Shown: positions 8,039 to 17,093, counted from the first letter of the stretch. The stretch is DNA of 35,026 bases from Alphaproteobacteria bacterium (GCA_027490875.1 JAIXXE010000176.1:1-35026), one strand, 5' to 3'. Made by a program: numbers and translations. The notes: generated by a model from the sequence alone, not told the origin.

Positions 8039-9199
8039 ATGGATACATACCTCTTTACCAGCGAAGCTGTAAGCTGTGGGCACCCCGATAAGGTAGCAGA
8101 CCAAATCAGCGATGCCATTTTGGACGCCTACCTGGCGGCCGACCTCCACGCCCGTGTGGCCAGCGAAGTGTTGGTAACCACCGACTTTGTTTGCATGGCC
8201 GGCGAAACCCGCAGCCATGCCACCCCCAACCTAGAACCCGTGGTACGCGATGTCATCGCCCGTATTGGCTATGTGGGTGGGGTTAACCAAGGTTTTGATG
8301 CTGCAACTGTTAAAATTATCAACGTGATGGGGCAGCAGTCGGCCGAAATTGCACAGGGCGTGGATGCCGGTGACCGTACCAGCGAAGGGGCTGGCGACCA
8401 AGGGCACATGTTTGGGTATGCCTGCAACGAAACCCCAACCCTGATGCCCGCGGCCCTCTATTATGCCCATGCAGTCTTGCAGCGCCTTGAAGCCTTACGT
8501 CGGCAAGGGCCCTTGGCCAACAACCACGGGCTATTGCCCGATGCCAAAAGCCAGGTAACTTTGGAATACAGCGCAGCAGGCGTACCGCTGCGGGCGCACA
8601 CGCTGCTCATTAGTCATCAGCATAGTGCAAGCCTGCACCACGACGACTTGGAAGCGTTAATCCGTCAAGCATGGGCCGCCGTGCTGCCCGCGGGCTGGAT
8701 TGATGCCAAGACCAGATTTTTGGTTAACCCCACTGGCAGCTTTACTTTGGGCGGCCCCGCGGGCGATACGGGCCTGACTGGACGCAAGATTATTGTGGAT
8801 AGCTACGGCGGAGCCGCCCGCCACGGTGGCGGCGCCTTTAGCGGCAAAGACCCAACCAAGGTCGACCGCAGCGCCGCCTATGCCGCCCGCTACTTGGCTA
8901 AAAATGTGGTGGCAGCCGGGTTGGCCCAGCGTTGTGAAGTTCAGCTGGCCTATGCCATTGGTGTAGCAGAGCCCTTGGCGCTGTATGTAGAAACCTTTGG
9001 TACGGGCACTCTTTCCAACCAAAACTTGGCCGAACAACTAAAACGCCAACTGGATTTAACCCCGCGTGGCCTGCAAACCAAACTTTGCTTGGCTGCACCA
9101 ATTTACCTGCCTACCGCCAGTGGCGGGCACTTTGGCCGCCTGCCAAACAGTGCAGGACCTGGGACTTTTTCGTGGGAGCAGGTTGACCTACGCTGGTAG
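8039..9199 (+). CDS. metK: S-adenosylmethionine synthetase
   Basis: The track ORF starts at 7316, but homology begins at ATG 8039: MDTYLFTSEAVSCGHPDKVADQISDAILD. Also GAGDQGHMFGYA, DAKSQVT and GGGAFSGKDPTKVDRSAAYAARY. 386 aa. Confidence 0.95.
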   Translation: MDTYLFTSEAVSCGHPDKVADQISDAILDAYLAADLHARVASEVLVTTDFVCMAGETRSHATPNLEPVVRDVIARIGYVGGVNQGFDAATVKIINVMGQQSAEIAQGVDAGDRTSEGAGDQGHMFGYACNETPTLMPAALYYAHAVLQRLEALRRQGPLANNHGLLPDAKSQVTLEYSAAGVPLRAHTLLISHQHSASLHHDDLEALIRQAWAAVLPAGWIDAKTRFLVNPTGSFTLGGPAGDTGLTGRKIIVDSYGGAARHGGGAFSGKDPTKVDRSAAYAARYLAKNVVAAGLAQRCEVQLAYAIGVAEPLALYVETFGTGTLSNQNLAEQLKRQLDLTPRGLQTKLCLAAPIYLPTASGGHFGRLPNSAGPGTFSWEQVDLRW

Positions 9200-9224
9200 G
9201 CACGCGTAAACGGCTATAGTTAGG

Positions 9225-11180
9225 CTATGAACGCTGCGAAAGGTTAATCAGCAGCACGCCGGCCAAGCCCACCAACGCCAAGGAAATGCCAATCGCCTGA
9301 CTGACATTGCCGCTCAGCATAAAGGCTGCAAAAATAGCCCCAAGCAGGCCCAAGGGTAACAGGCCGCGCATCACGCCGCTGCCAGCAAAGGAACGTTCGC
9401 CATTAAAACGACGGCCAGCGAATTTAGCTGGATTTTGTTTTTGGGCCAACATCAAGGCGCGTCTTTGGGCGGCCTCCAGCCCATAGGTACGGTCGTCCAG
9501 CAGCCGTAGGGCGCCGCCCAGCGCCGTCAGCGCTTCCTCAAGGCTCGCAAAGCCGCCACGTCGTGCCGTTTCGGTAATCAAGTCACTGGTTAAGTACGAA
9601 TGAATCACGGGTTCCTGCCAGCGGCGGTAAAGGGTTTTGAACATACTCAGATTAGGAGCAAAGCGGTTGCGTGGTTGGTTGCTCCCGGTTGCCACGGCCA
9701 AGAGGTGGTCGGTTTGCCAACGCGTGAGCCACGGCTTGATATCATCCCATAAATCGGATTGCATGGCCTGGCGCTCGAGACCTCTCAGCAGTTCAAGTGC
9801 AGCTTCAAGGTCGGGAATGAGCTCGGCCTCTTGCAAGGTATCTTCGGCCGGAAACATGCTGAGCTTGAGATGGTCCTTGTTGGCTGTCAGGCTCTGGCCC
9901 CAGAGTCGCCAAAAAGAGAGAGTATAGTCCTCCAGCATCGCCTGAAACTCGCGCTGCGGGTAGGCGTGCTCGTGCCAGCTCTGGCCATCGAGCGAGACGT
10001 GGCAGAGAATCATATCGAACGACTGTTGGGGCAGAACCTGCACCAAGGTATTAAGATAGCGCAATTTAATCAGCCAAGGTTGCGCATACTGAACCTGCGG
10101 AAACTGGGCGAGTGAGCGCTGCACTTGCTCGAAGGAACGCCAACTGGCGGTCACAGACTCTTCAAAGGCCATAATGCGCTCTTCGGGCACTTTGCTAAGG
10201 CTTAACCGCTGTTGCAGCAAGGGCCGCAACCAGTGGAGATACAGGGCTCCGCCGCCGACGACCTGATGCAGCAGGTTCTGGCAATGGTCCAGCTCATGGT
10301 CACCCCATGTGGTAACGGGAAGGGTTGTCAAAAGCCCCCAAGCACGCAGGGGAATGCTTTGCATTCCCATCAAACCACCATGGCCTTGTAACAGGGCAGG
10401 GTTAAGCAGGTTGGTGGTTCTAAGCCACTCGAGGGTACGGTCTTCGCTAAAAGCACGTTCTGTAATGAGCGCCAGATACTGATAGAGCTCGAGCCTTGCA
10501 GGGCGTTGCTGTTCGCTCGCAATCATACTGCGTTGGGCATAATCGCGGGCTTCGGGCAAGGCTGTTGCGTTACCAAGGTTTGCCAAACCATACAGAATTT
10601 GACTTAAACACGCTAAAATACTTTGGTTATGCGGGTCACCGTTCAAGGCATTCTTGAGCAAGGTGATGGAGTCGGAAACCCGGCCTTCGCTGTAGGCCGA
10701 TGTGGCCTGCCGCAGCTTCATGAGCAAGGGGGCAGGGGTTGGCGGGCGCGCTTGGGTTGTATCGCTGAGGTAGGTAAACTCGTCTTGCAAAAAAGCCAAC
10801 ACCGCCCCGTGAACCTGAGGCGGCAGGACCAGCGCGCGGTCGGCCCGTGGCAGCAAGGGTACCGAGGCCTGAAAAGCGTCGGCCAGTTCCTGCAAGGCTG
10901 GAGGAATGGGTAAGACTGGTGCGGGTGGTAGCGCGGGGGTTTCTTCGCCCGGTGCTGGAGGAGGGAGGAGCCTTACGCGGTCTTCCTGCAGGCTTTTGTG
11001 GATCAGGGCCAACAGTCCCGACACGCCGGGTGTGAGCGTCACGGGAATATGTTCGGGGAGAACAGAGCCGTTGCGTGGTTCGAGCCGTTGTTGGCGTTTG
11101 GCCAATAGGCGCCGGTCAAGTTTTTCGCGCACCGCAGTTAAACGGGCGTTCATTGTTTTTGATGTGACGGATTGATTCAT
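9225..11180 (-). CDS. hypothetical 651-aa protein with C-terminal double TM anchor
   Basis: A long uninterrupted ORF with coding-like composition. Pro-rich N-terminal region, helical repeat-like middle, and C-terminal hydrophobic helices (GLLPLGLLGAIFAAFML ... AIGISLALVGLAGVLLINL). It lies 10 nt downstream of the DsbA-like gene on the same strand. No family recognised. Confidence 0.6.
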   Translation of the reverse strand: MNQSVTSKTMNARLTAVREKLDRRLLAKRQQRLEPRNGSVLPEHIPVTLTPGVSGLLALIHKSLQEDRVRLLPPPAPGEETPALPPAPVLPIPPALQELADAFQASVPLLPRADRALVLPPQVHGAVLAFLQDEFTYLSDTTQARPPTPAPLLMKLRQATSAYSEGRVSDSITLLKNALNGDPHNQSILACLSQILYGLANLGNATALPEARDYAQRSMIASEQQRPARLELYQYLALITERAFSEDRTLEWLRTTNLLNPALLQGHGGLMGMQSIPLRAWGLLTTLPVTTWGDHELDHCQNLLHQVVGGGALYLHWLRPLLQQRLSLSKVPEERIMAFEESVTASWRSFEQVQRSLAQFPQVQYAQPWLIKLRYLNTLVQVLPQQSFDMILCHVSLDGQSWHEHAYPQREFQAMLEDYTLSFWRLWGQSLTANKDHLKLSMFPAEDTLQEAELIPDLEAALELLRGLERQAMQSDLWDDIKPWLTRWQTDHLLAVATGSNQPRNRFAPNLSMFKTLYRRWQEPVIHSYLTSDLITETARRGGFASLEEALTALGGALRLLDDRTYGLEAAQRRALMLAQKQNPAKFAGRRFNGERSFAGSGVMRGLLPLGLLGAIFAAFMLSGNVSQAIGISLALVGLAGVLLINLSQRS

Positions 11181-11190
11181 GCCAATAAAC

Positions 11191-12264
11191 CTAAAGCGGG
11201 GGTTCCGTTAAGCCTGCCTGAAGCCGGTTGTTCACGTAGGTAAGCACATCGGGCAGTAAGTTAAGCGGCAAGCCTAGGTCGCCGAGGCGTATCCCGTTCA
11301 CCAGGACCGTGGGTGTTCCAGTGATGACCAGGTTACGGCTTTGTGTGGTGTCGGCATCCAATTCGCGGTAAAAGCGGCGTGCTTCGGAAAGTGCACTTTG
11401 GCGAATATGGCGCGGCTCGATACCAAGCGAACTTAACACGCCAAAGGCGGCTTCGTTCTCACGATCGGGGTTGGCCAGAATCGCACTACGATAATCCCAA
11501 AACCGATGCTGGCGCGCCGCAACCTTGCTGTAAAAGGCATTAAGGTTGGTGCCCTGCCAGCGGCTTGAAGGCGCATGGGCCCAAACAATCTGCATGGTCG
11601 GCACAGTGGGGGAGGCTGTTGATTGCAACGACGTGATAAGCGGCGCAAGTGTTTGCTCGAGAATATCTTGGTCGGGCTTGCAGGGCGCGCACCCAAGGTC
11701 TTCGAAAATCACCACCGTAATGCTGCTTTGGGTGGGGCCAAGCCGGGGTTGGTGAACGAAGGGTGTAAAAACGATGCGGTTACGCAACTTCATGGAATAG
11801 CTGCTGTCGCGTAGCGCAGGCGGCAGGGTTGCGTCTTCGTTGGCCAGTGCTTCATCGACGGCACGGCGAACCGTGCGGCCACCAATCTGGACTGCCGGCA
11901 GCGGTGGTGGGCCAGCCTGCTTTTTCGGTTTGGGCTTATCGGCACTACCGTGCCCAGAACCATGGGCAGAGCCATGGGCAGAGCCATGGGCGCTTGGGGC
12001 TTCGGCGGCTGCCTCGCCGGTAGCCCCTGTCTCGGCTTCGGTAGCGGCGGGTGCGTTGGCTGCTTCGTGGGCAGAGTCGCTGGCCGGGCCTGCTGCGGGT
12101 TCAAGCCAGTTTAAGGGGAATGTGACGGTCGTGCGAACCTGCTCTGGACTCACGTCGTAGGCTTCGCGGCCAGCCCACGTCACCTGGGCAAACAGCAACG
12201 CCAGCAAGGCTGTAAGGCTTATTTTTATGAGCATTGATGGCAGCTTAGCACATACAAAAGCCAA
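11191..12264 (-). CDS. DsbA/thioredoxin-fold oxidoreductase with His-rich N-terminal extension
   Basis: Signal peptide (MLIKISLTALLALLFAQVTWA; Met at 12234 is the likely start). CxxC active site in VVIFEDLGCAPCK. DsbA-like C-terminus (GTPTVLVNG). Contains an (HGSA)n stretch. Confidence 0.75.
   Translation of the reverse strand: MAFVCAKLPSMLIKISLTALLALLFAQVTWAGREAYDVSPEQVRTTVTFPLNWLEPAAGPASDSAHEAANAPAATEAETGATGEAAAEAPSAHGSAHGSAHGSGHGSADKPKPKKQAGPPPLPAVQIGGRTVRRAVDEALANEDATLPPALRDSSYSMKLRNRIVFTPFVHQPRLGPTQSSITVVIFEDLGCAPCKPDQDILEQTLAPLITSLQSTASPTVPTMQIVWAHAPSSRWQGTNLNAFYSKVAARQHRFWDYRSAILANPDRENEAAFGVLSSLGIEPRHIRQSALSEARRFYRELDADTTQSRNLVITGTPTVLVNGIRLGDLGLPLNLLPDVLTYVNNRLQAGLTEPPL
11948..11995. 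repeat. 12-bp tandem repeat (about 4 units) encoding SAHGSAHGSAHGSGHGS
   Basis: CCATGGGCAGAG occurs twice, with diverged units on both sides, inside the DsbA-like CDS (reverse strand reads HGSA repeats). Confidence 0.8.
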
Positions 12265-12377
12265 TCGGCCATGCCTTGGCGGGCACTAGATTGACCTTGG
12301 CTTAACTTAACCCGGTGCGGTGTTGCCAACGGGCAGCGCCAGCCTTATACCAGAAATATAACGAAAAGGGTTAAACT

Positions 12378-12719
12378 ATGCCATTTGTAGTGACGGGGAA
12401 ATGCATTAACTGCCGCTATACCGACTGTGTTGAGGTGTGCCCAGTCAACTGTTTTTACCAAGGCGAAAACATGTTGGTGATTAACCCCGATGAATGCATC
12501 GATTGCGGCGTGTGTGAGCCCGAGTGCCCGATTGAAGCCATCAAAAGCGACGAAGAACTGGCACCCAACGAATTGGCCTGGGCGGTGCTTAACCGTAAGT
12601 ACAGCGCCAGTTGGCCCAACATTCAGGCCAGCATCGGCCCCATGGAGAATGCCAAAGAGGCTGCCGAGGAAAGCGCCGAGGATAAACGAGCATTGTTTTC
12701 TGAGCGGGCAGGGGGCTAA
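12378..12719 (+). CDS. fdxA: 7Fe ferredoxin (FdxA type)
   Basis: 113 aa. [18 protein letters not shown] plus [12 protein letters not shown] cluster motifs, the Azotobacter-type 3Fe-4S/4Fe-4S ferredoxin layout. Confidence 0.9.
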   Translation: MPFVVTGKCINCRYTDCVEVCPVNCFYQGENMLVINPDECIDCGVCEPECPIEAIKSDEELAPNELAWAVLNRKYSASWPNIQASIGPMENAKEAAEESAEDKRALFSERAGG

Positions 12720-12761
12720 AAACCCCTTACACTGGGGCATATTCTAGGCTATAAGCAGCCT

Positions 12762-14363
12762 ATGGGCGAGCTTACAAAAACGGATTACGTGGTACTGGCG
12801 CGCAAGTACCGCAGCCGTACCTTTGCCGAACTGATTGGCCAGCCTGCCTTGGTGCGAACACTCACCAACGCTCTGCAAAGTGGCAAGCTTCACCACGCCT
12901 ATGTGCTGACGGGGATTCGGGGCACCGGCAAAACCAGCACCGCCCGGCTGTTGGCGATGGCCCTGAATTGCGAGAATGGCCCCAGCGCAACTTGGGCTGA
13001 AAACGACCCGCAGGCCGAGAATATTCGGCTTGGCCGCCACCCCGATGTGCTGGAGTTCGACGCCGCCAGCAACCGCAGTGTGGAAGATATTGCCAAGCTG
13101 TTTGAAGGCGTAGCCTACGCCCCGCTGGCTGGTCGCTTTAAGGTTTATATCATCGATGAAGTGCATATGCTGAGCAACACGGCCTTCAATGCCTTGCTTA
13201 AAACATTGGAAGAACCGCCGCCCCAGATTAAGTTCATCTTTGCCACCACCGATGTGCAGAAGGTGCCCTTAACAGTGTTAAGCCGTTGCCAGCGCTTCGA
13301 TCTGCAACGGGTGCCCGCCACCACCCTGACCGAACATTTCACCGAAATCCTGGGTAAGGAAGGCTTGGCAGCCGACACTGCTGCCGTTCAGCTCATTGCC
13401 CGCGCGGCCGACGGCAGCGTGCGCGACGGGTTAAGCCTGCTCGATCAGGCCATCGCCCTTGCCAGCGGGGTACCCGTAACCTTGGCGTTGGTTGAAGGGA
13501 TGCTCGGCGTTGCCGACCGCGTTCAGGTATGGCAGCTGCTTGAAGACCTGTTGGGGCAGCGCTTGGCAGCCGCCTTGGCGCGTGCCGACGCCCTGTACGA
13601 TGCGGGCACCGATGCCCTGAGTTTAACGCAGGCGATGTTAGAAGCACTGCATTTGCTCACGCGCCTGAAGGTGGTAGCGGGGCTGGCCGAGAGCAGCCGC
13701 CTGAGCGAAATGGAACGCCGTCACGCGGTGCCCTTGGCCCAAGGGCTCTCCGTGCCCCAGTTGGCCCGCGCGTACAGCGTGTTGGTACAGGCCCTTACTG
13801 AAATCAAAACCGCCGAGCGCCCCTTCGAAGCCTTAAGTATGGCCTTGGTACGGGTTGGTTATCTCAGCCAATTACCGCCCTTACAGACTTTACTCAAGCA
13901 AGCAGAGAATCAAACCTGGGCCCCAACACCTTCAGCGGAAGGCCCGCAGGCAGCGCCACCGAGCTTACAACCCGACCCCACCGACTGGGCCGCAGTGGTC
14001 ACCTTGGTGCGCGCACAGAAGCCTGGCTTGGCGGCCATTCTGGAACAACAGGTGCGCTGCGAAAGTGTGGGCGACCGCGTGCTGGATGTGCATGTGCAGC
14101 AAGGGCTGCATAAGCCGGAAGTGATTGTGCAAATGCTGCGTGAGTTACTGAGCCTCGCCACGGGGCACCCTTGGCAAGTGGTGCTGCTGGCCGACAATGC
14201 CGAACGTAGTACGCCACTGCCAGCAACTCTGGCCGAGCAGGCCAAGGCCGCCGAAGTCTCACGCCTGCAAGAAGCCTCGGCCGACCCCCAGGTGGCCGCT
14301 GCCTTGGCCATGTTTGCTGGGGCCACCGTGGTGGCCGTTGACGCAGAAAACCCCACCCAATAA
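12762..14363 (+). CDS. dnaX: DNA polymerase III subunit gamma/tau
   Basis: 533 aa. Walker A GIRGTGKTSTARLLA, Walker B YIIDEVHMLS, and FIFATTDVQKVPLTVLSRCQRFDL. Followed by ybaB-recR as usual. Confidence 0.9.
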   Translation: MGELTKTDYVVLARKYRSRTFAELIGQPALVRTLTNALQSGKLHHAYVLTGIRGTGKTSTARLLAMALNCENGPSATWAENDPQAENIRLGRHPDVLEFDAASNRSVEDIAKLFEGVAYAPLAGRFKVYIIDEVHMLSNTAFNALLKTLEEPPPQIKFIFATTDVQKVPLTVLSRCQRFDLQRVPATTLTEHFTEILGKEGLAADTAAVQLIARAADGSVRDGLSLLDQAIALASGVPVTLALVEGMLGVADRVQVWQLLEDLLGQRLAAALARADALYDAGTDALSLTQAMLEALHLLTRLKVVAGLAESSRLSEMERRHAVPLAQGLSVPQLARAYSVLVQALTEIKTAERPFEALSMALVRVGYLSQLPPLQTLLKQAENQTWAPTPSAEGPQAAPPSLQPDPTDWAAVVTLVRAQKPGLAAILEQQVRCESVGDRVLDVHVQQGLHKPEVIVQMLRELLSLATGHPWQVVLLADNAERSTPLPATLAEQAKAAEVSRLQEASADPQVAAALAMFAGATVVAVDAENPTQ

Positions 14364-14398
14364 AAAATCATAGAGTTTAAGCAAAGGAACCCACCCCC

Positions 14399-14710
14399 AT
14401 GAACATGATGGCGATGCTGAAAAAAGCGCAGGATATGCAAAAAGGCCTGCAACAGGTTCAGGCCGAGTTGGCCAAAACCACCGTAGAAGGCAGCAGCGGC
14501 GGCGGTGCCGTGAGCATTGTGATGGCGGGCGACCATTCGGTGCAACAGGTTAAACTGCAAGCTGCAGTGGTCGACCCTGCCGAACTTGAAACCTTGGAAG
14601 ACCTGCTTAAGGTGGCCTATGCCGACGCCTTGGCCAAAACCAATGCGCTGGCCAAGCAAAAGATGAGCGCCGTGACCGGTGGCCTTGGCATACCCGGTTT
14701 AAATCTGTAA
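14399..14710 (+). CDS. ybaB: YbaB/EbfC family nucleoid-associated protein
   Basis: 103 aa. MLKKAQDMQKGLQQVQAELAK ... GGGAVSIVMAGDHSVQQVKL. Canonical dnaX-ybaB-recR position. Confidence 0.9.
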   Translation: MNMMAMLKKAQDMQKGLQQVQAELAKTTVEGSSGGGAVSIVMAGDHSVQQVKLQAAVVDPAELETLEDLLKVAYADALAKTNALAKQKMSAVTGGLGIPGLNL

Positions 14711-14726
14711 GCAGGCCAACACATCG

Positions 14727-15347
14727 ATGGCTCAGCCGCTGGCCTTGCAAGGGTTGCTTAAGCAGCTCGCGCGGTTGCCGGGGCTTGGCCCACGCAGTGC
14801 CCAAAGGGTGGCGTTGGCGCTGTTTGCTGCCCCAACACGATTGAACGACCTGACGGAAGCCCTGCAGCGCGCCGCCCAACAGTTAGGTACTTGCACCGTT
14901 TGCGGCAACTTGGCCGAGTTTAACGCCGATGGCGGCTGCGTGTGCCCGATTTGCCTGAGCACCACGCGCGACGCGACCACCCTGTGTGTGGTGGAATCGG
15001 TGGCCGATATCTGGGCGCTGGAGCGCGGCGGCGACTACCGTGGCCGCTACCATGTATTGGGCGGCGTGGTCAGTGCGCTGCAGGGGGTTTCGCCCGATGA
15101 CCTTTCACTGGGCCAGCTGGAGCATCGGTTGCGTACCGCCATTCCAGCCGTGCAGGAGGTGATTTTGGCCCTCGGCGCCAGTTTGGAAGGCCAGACCACC
15201 AGCCATTTGGTGGCCAGCTTGGTTCAGCGCGCCGCGCCGCAAGCCATCCTTTCCACACTGGCCAAGGGTATGCCTGTTGGCGCCAGCGTAGATTACCTCG
15301 ATGAAGGCACGCTCGGGCTAGCCTTGGCCCACCGGCAACGGCTTTAG
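14727..15347 (+). CDS. recR: recombination protein RecR
   Basis: 206 aa. LPGLGPRSAQR helix-hairpin-helix, a C4 zinc finger (CTVCGNLAEF...CVCPIC), and a Toprim segment (LCVVESVADIWALE). Confidence 0.9.
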   Translation: MAQPLALQGLLKQLARLPGLGPRSAQRVALALFAAPTRLNDLTEALQRAAQQLGTCTVCGNLAEFNADGGCVCPICLSTTRDATTLCVVESVADIWALERGGDYRGRYHVLGGVVSALQGVSPDDLSLGQLEHRLRTAIPAVQEVILALGASLEGQTTSHLVASLVQRAAPQAILSTLAKGMPVGASVDYLDEGTLGLALAHRQRL

Positions 15348-16118
15348 GCTTAAGCCTTTAAAGTCTGTCAATTCAATCCCTAACTCTTGCCATAATGCCA
15401 TGGTGTTAGGCCCATCAAGTATCTGCCGCTCCAGCTCGCGGCGGTCGTTAAGGCGGGTAATCGCCCGCAGGTGGTCATCGGTGTAGGCGGGGTGGCAAAC
15501 CAGCTCCCATACCCCACCGAGTTTGGCAGTGTTGGCTTGCTCTAAAACTTTGCGCAGCTTTGCAAAGCCATCTTCCACGGTATCCCACCCCGTGTTGCTC
15601 CATGCCTCCAGCACGCTGCTTTCGGCAATGCCATACCTACTGGCGGGCGCCTCGTCACCTCCATCGCCTCCACGCATAGGAAGCCCGTAGTCTTGGGCCA
15701 GTTGCAAAAGCCCTGTGCGATAGCGGTTATCGCGGTGAAAGCCGTGGTGGGTGTCAATGTGGCTGGGTTGGCCAAACTCTTGCCGAAATAGCTCCACTTG
15801 GGCGCGGCATTCCTCCATCGCCAAATCGGCAGGGTAAGAAATCTCAGTGCGTAGGCGTGGAAACTGCCCACTCCAACGGCTGGCGCAATACTGCTGCATG
15901 CCTTTGCTGATAGGGGCGCCATAGGTCAGGTGCAGGTGCACGCCGCAGGGGATGGTCAGCCTATCCCAGTAGCGGTGCATGCGCGGCAAAGCCTCAGGCA
16001 CGCCCAGCATCGCGGTGGTGCTGCTGAGGCCGCCAGCTTGCCCCAACTCTACAATGGCTTGGCATACGCCATCGGTGAGGCCAAAATCGTCGGCGTTGAT
16101 GATGCAGGGCTGGTACAT
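15318..16118 (-). CDS. ChbG/HpnK (YdjC) family carbohydrate deacetylase
   Basis: 266 aa. N-terminal IINADDFGLTDGV motif and IDTHHGFH metal-binding region typical of the YdjC family. Its 3' end overlaps recR convergently by 30 nt. Confidence 0.8.
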   Translation of the reverse strand: MYQPCIINADDFGLTDGVCQAIVELGQAGGLSSTTAMLGVPEALPRMHRYWDRLTIPCGVHLHLTYGAPISKGMQQYCASRWSGQFPRLRTEISYPADLAMEECRAQVELFRQEFGQPSHIDTHHGFHRDNRYRTGLLQLAQDYGLPMRGGDGGDEAPASRYGIAESSVLEAWSNTGWDTVEDGFAKLRKVLEQANTAKLGGVWELVCHPAYTDDHLRAITRLNDRRELERQILDGPNTMALWQELGIELTDFKGLSLKPLPVGQG

Positions 16119-16120
16119 GG

Positions 16121-16486
16121 CTAAAAATAGTTATTGGCGACAACGCCATCTTTCATCTCAAAATAATCCCGCATTTGCTGGGGAGTGAAGAGCTTAACAA
16201 CCTTATATGTCCCAGAGGTCGTATTATTTTCAAAGTTTAGGGTGGTTTCCAGAATATTAATCATCCCCCAGTAAACCCACTTGCCATTCACATCCTCCAC
16301 CCAACTCACACGGATTGGCGTTGGCTGATAGAGGCGTAAATCAGGCTTATTAAATGAGAAGATTTTGCCTTCAACATCGTGCAAGGAATACGGCGCTTGT
16401 AAGTGCTTTTCTAATGATAGAAAGTCAGGAAAGCCCTGTGCTTTAGAAATGCGTAGGGTGTCATTGCAAATAAACTTACCGCCCAT
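16121..16486 (-). CDS. hypothetical protein (AT-rich orphan)
   Basis: A 121-aa ORF ending 2 nt upstream of the chbG-like ATG. I counted about 35-43% GC in lines 16141-16260, against about 60% in the neighbours. No family recognised. Confidence 0.5.
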   Translation of the reverse strand: MGGKFICNDTLRISKAQGFPDFLSLEKHLQAPYSLHDVEGKIFSFNKPDLRLYQPTPIRVSWVEDVNGKWVYWGMINILETTLNFENNTTSGTYKVVKLFTPQQMRDYFEMKDGVVANNYF

Positions 16487-16730
16487 GTTTATGCTCCTTG
16501 CTTAAAATCAAACCCCACGGATGCGGGTAGCCCGCCATGAGGGCTTGATAAGAGGTAAGCGGGGTAAAATCCATTGGTAAGGATTGTAGCGCAGCGTTCA
16601 TTGCTTGGGAATACTGAACATGTTGGGGCTGCTCTGAAGGAGCGGTGGCGGGGTCAGTCTTCCAAGCACCTTTTTTCACGCCTTTTGTGCGCTGGTGCGC
16701 ACTGGCTGCTGCCAGTATATCGAACCGCTT

Positions 16731-16791
16731 GCGGGGGCTATGCCCCCTGCACACCCCTTTGGGTAAATTTTCCTTCGGAAAAATGGTGGGC
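16731..16791. repeat. att-scar repeat unit 1 (flank repeat plus 8 nt of the tRNA 3' end)
   Basis: GGGGGCTATGCCCCC hairpin, then AATTTTCCTTCGGAAAAATGGTGGGC (16766-16791), identical to 16907-16932. It ends in TGGTGGGC, the reverse complement of the tRNA 3' terminus GCCCACCA. Confidence 0.6.
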
Positions 16792-16872
16792 GGCACAGTG
16801 CTGGCAGCACATCTCTACACGCCTCCTGTGCGCTTACGCGCACCGGCTAACTTCTCGCAACTCCTGACATCT

Positions 16873-16961
16873 GCAGGGGGTAAACCCCCTGTACCCCCCT
16901 CTGGTGAATTTTCCTTCGGAAAAATGGTGGGCCAAGTAAGACTCGAACTTACGACCCCTGC
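16873..16961. repeat. att-scar repeat unit 2 (flank repeat plus 37-nt exact copy of the tRNA-Ile 3' part)
   Basis: 16925-16961 (TGGTGGGCCAAGTAAGACTCGAACTTACGACCCCTGC) is identical to 17017-17053 of the intact tRNA gene. It is preceded by the same flank as unit 1: a CAGGGGGTAAACCCCCTG hairpin, then AATTTTCCTTCGGAAAAA. Confidence 0.8.
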
Positions 16962-17016
16962 CTTGCACCAAAGGTGCAGAACTGAAAGCAATAACGCAGA
17001 GGGCCTTAAACTGGAA

Positions 17017-17093
17017 TGGTGGGCCAAGTAAGACTCGAACTTACGACCCCTGCGTTATCAACACAGTGCTCTAACCAACTGAGCTATTAGCCC
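17017..17093 (-). tRNA. tRNA-Ile (anticodon GAT)
   Basis: Folded by hand from the reverse strand. Acceptor GGGCTAA/TTGGCCC, D arm GCTC-AGTTGGTTA-GAGC, anticodon arm CTGTG-TTGATAA-CGCAG (GAT at 34-36). Variable loop GGGTC, T arm GTAAG-TTCGAGT-CTTAC, discriminator A, encoded CCA. 77 nt. Confidence 0.85.

Noticed and set aside
12720-12761. SRP RNA (ffs), often found upstream of dnaX in alphaproteobacteria
   Set aside because: The gap is only 42 nt, and the conserved GGAAGGAAGCAG-type motif was not seen anywhere in the window.
12762-14363. Programmed -1 frameshift site in dnaX (gamma versus tau)
   Set aside because: I noticed no A-AAA-AAG-type slippery heptamer inside the gene, and the 533-aa product is already short.
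16476-17027. ORFs 16476-16796(-), 16815-17027(-) and 16645-17031(+) over the tRNA-flanking repeats
   Set aside because: They translate through the repeated att-like sequence; both minus-strand ORFs contain PTIFPKEN from the same repeat. They also run through the tRNA-derived copy. They are more likely non-coding scars than genes.
16731-17093. Possible CRISPR-like repeat array
   Set aside because: There are only two or three copies, they are tRNA-derived and of unequal length and spacing, and no cas genes are present. No CRISPR-like array was seen elsewhere in the window.
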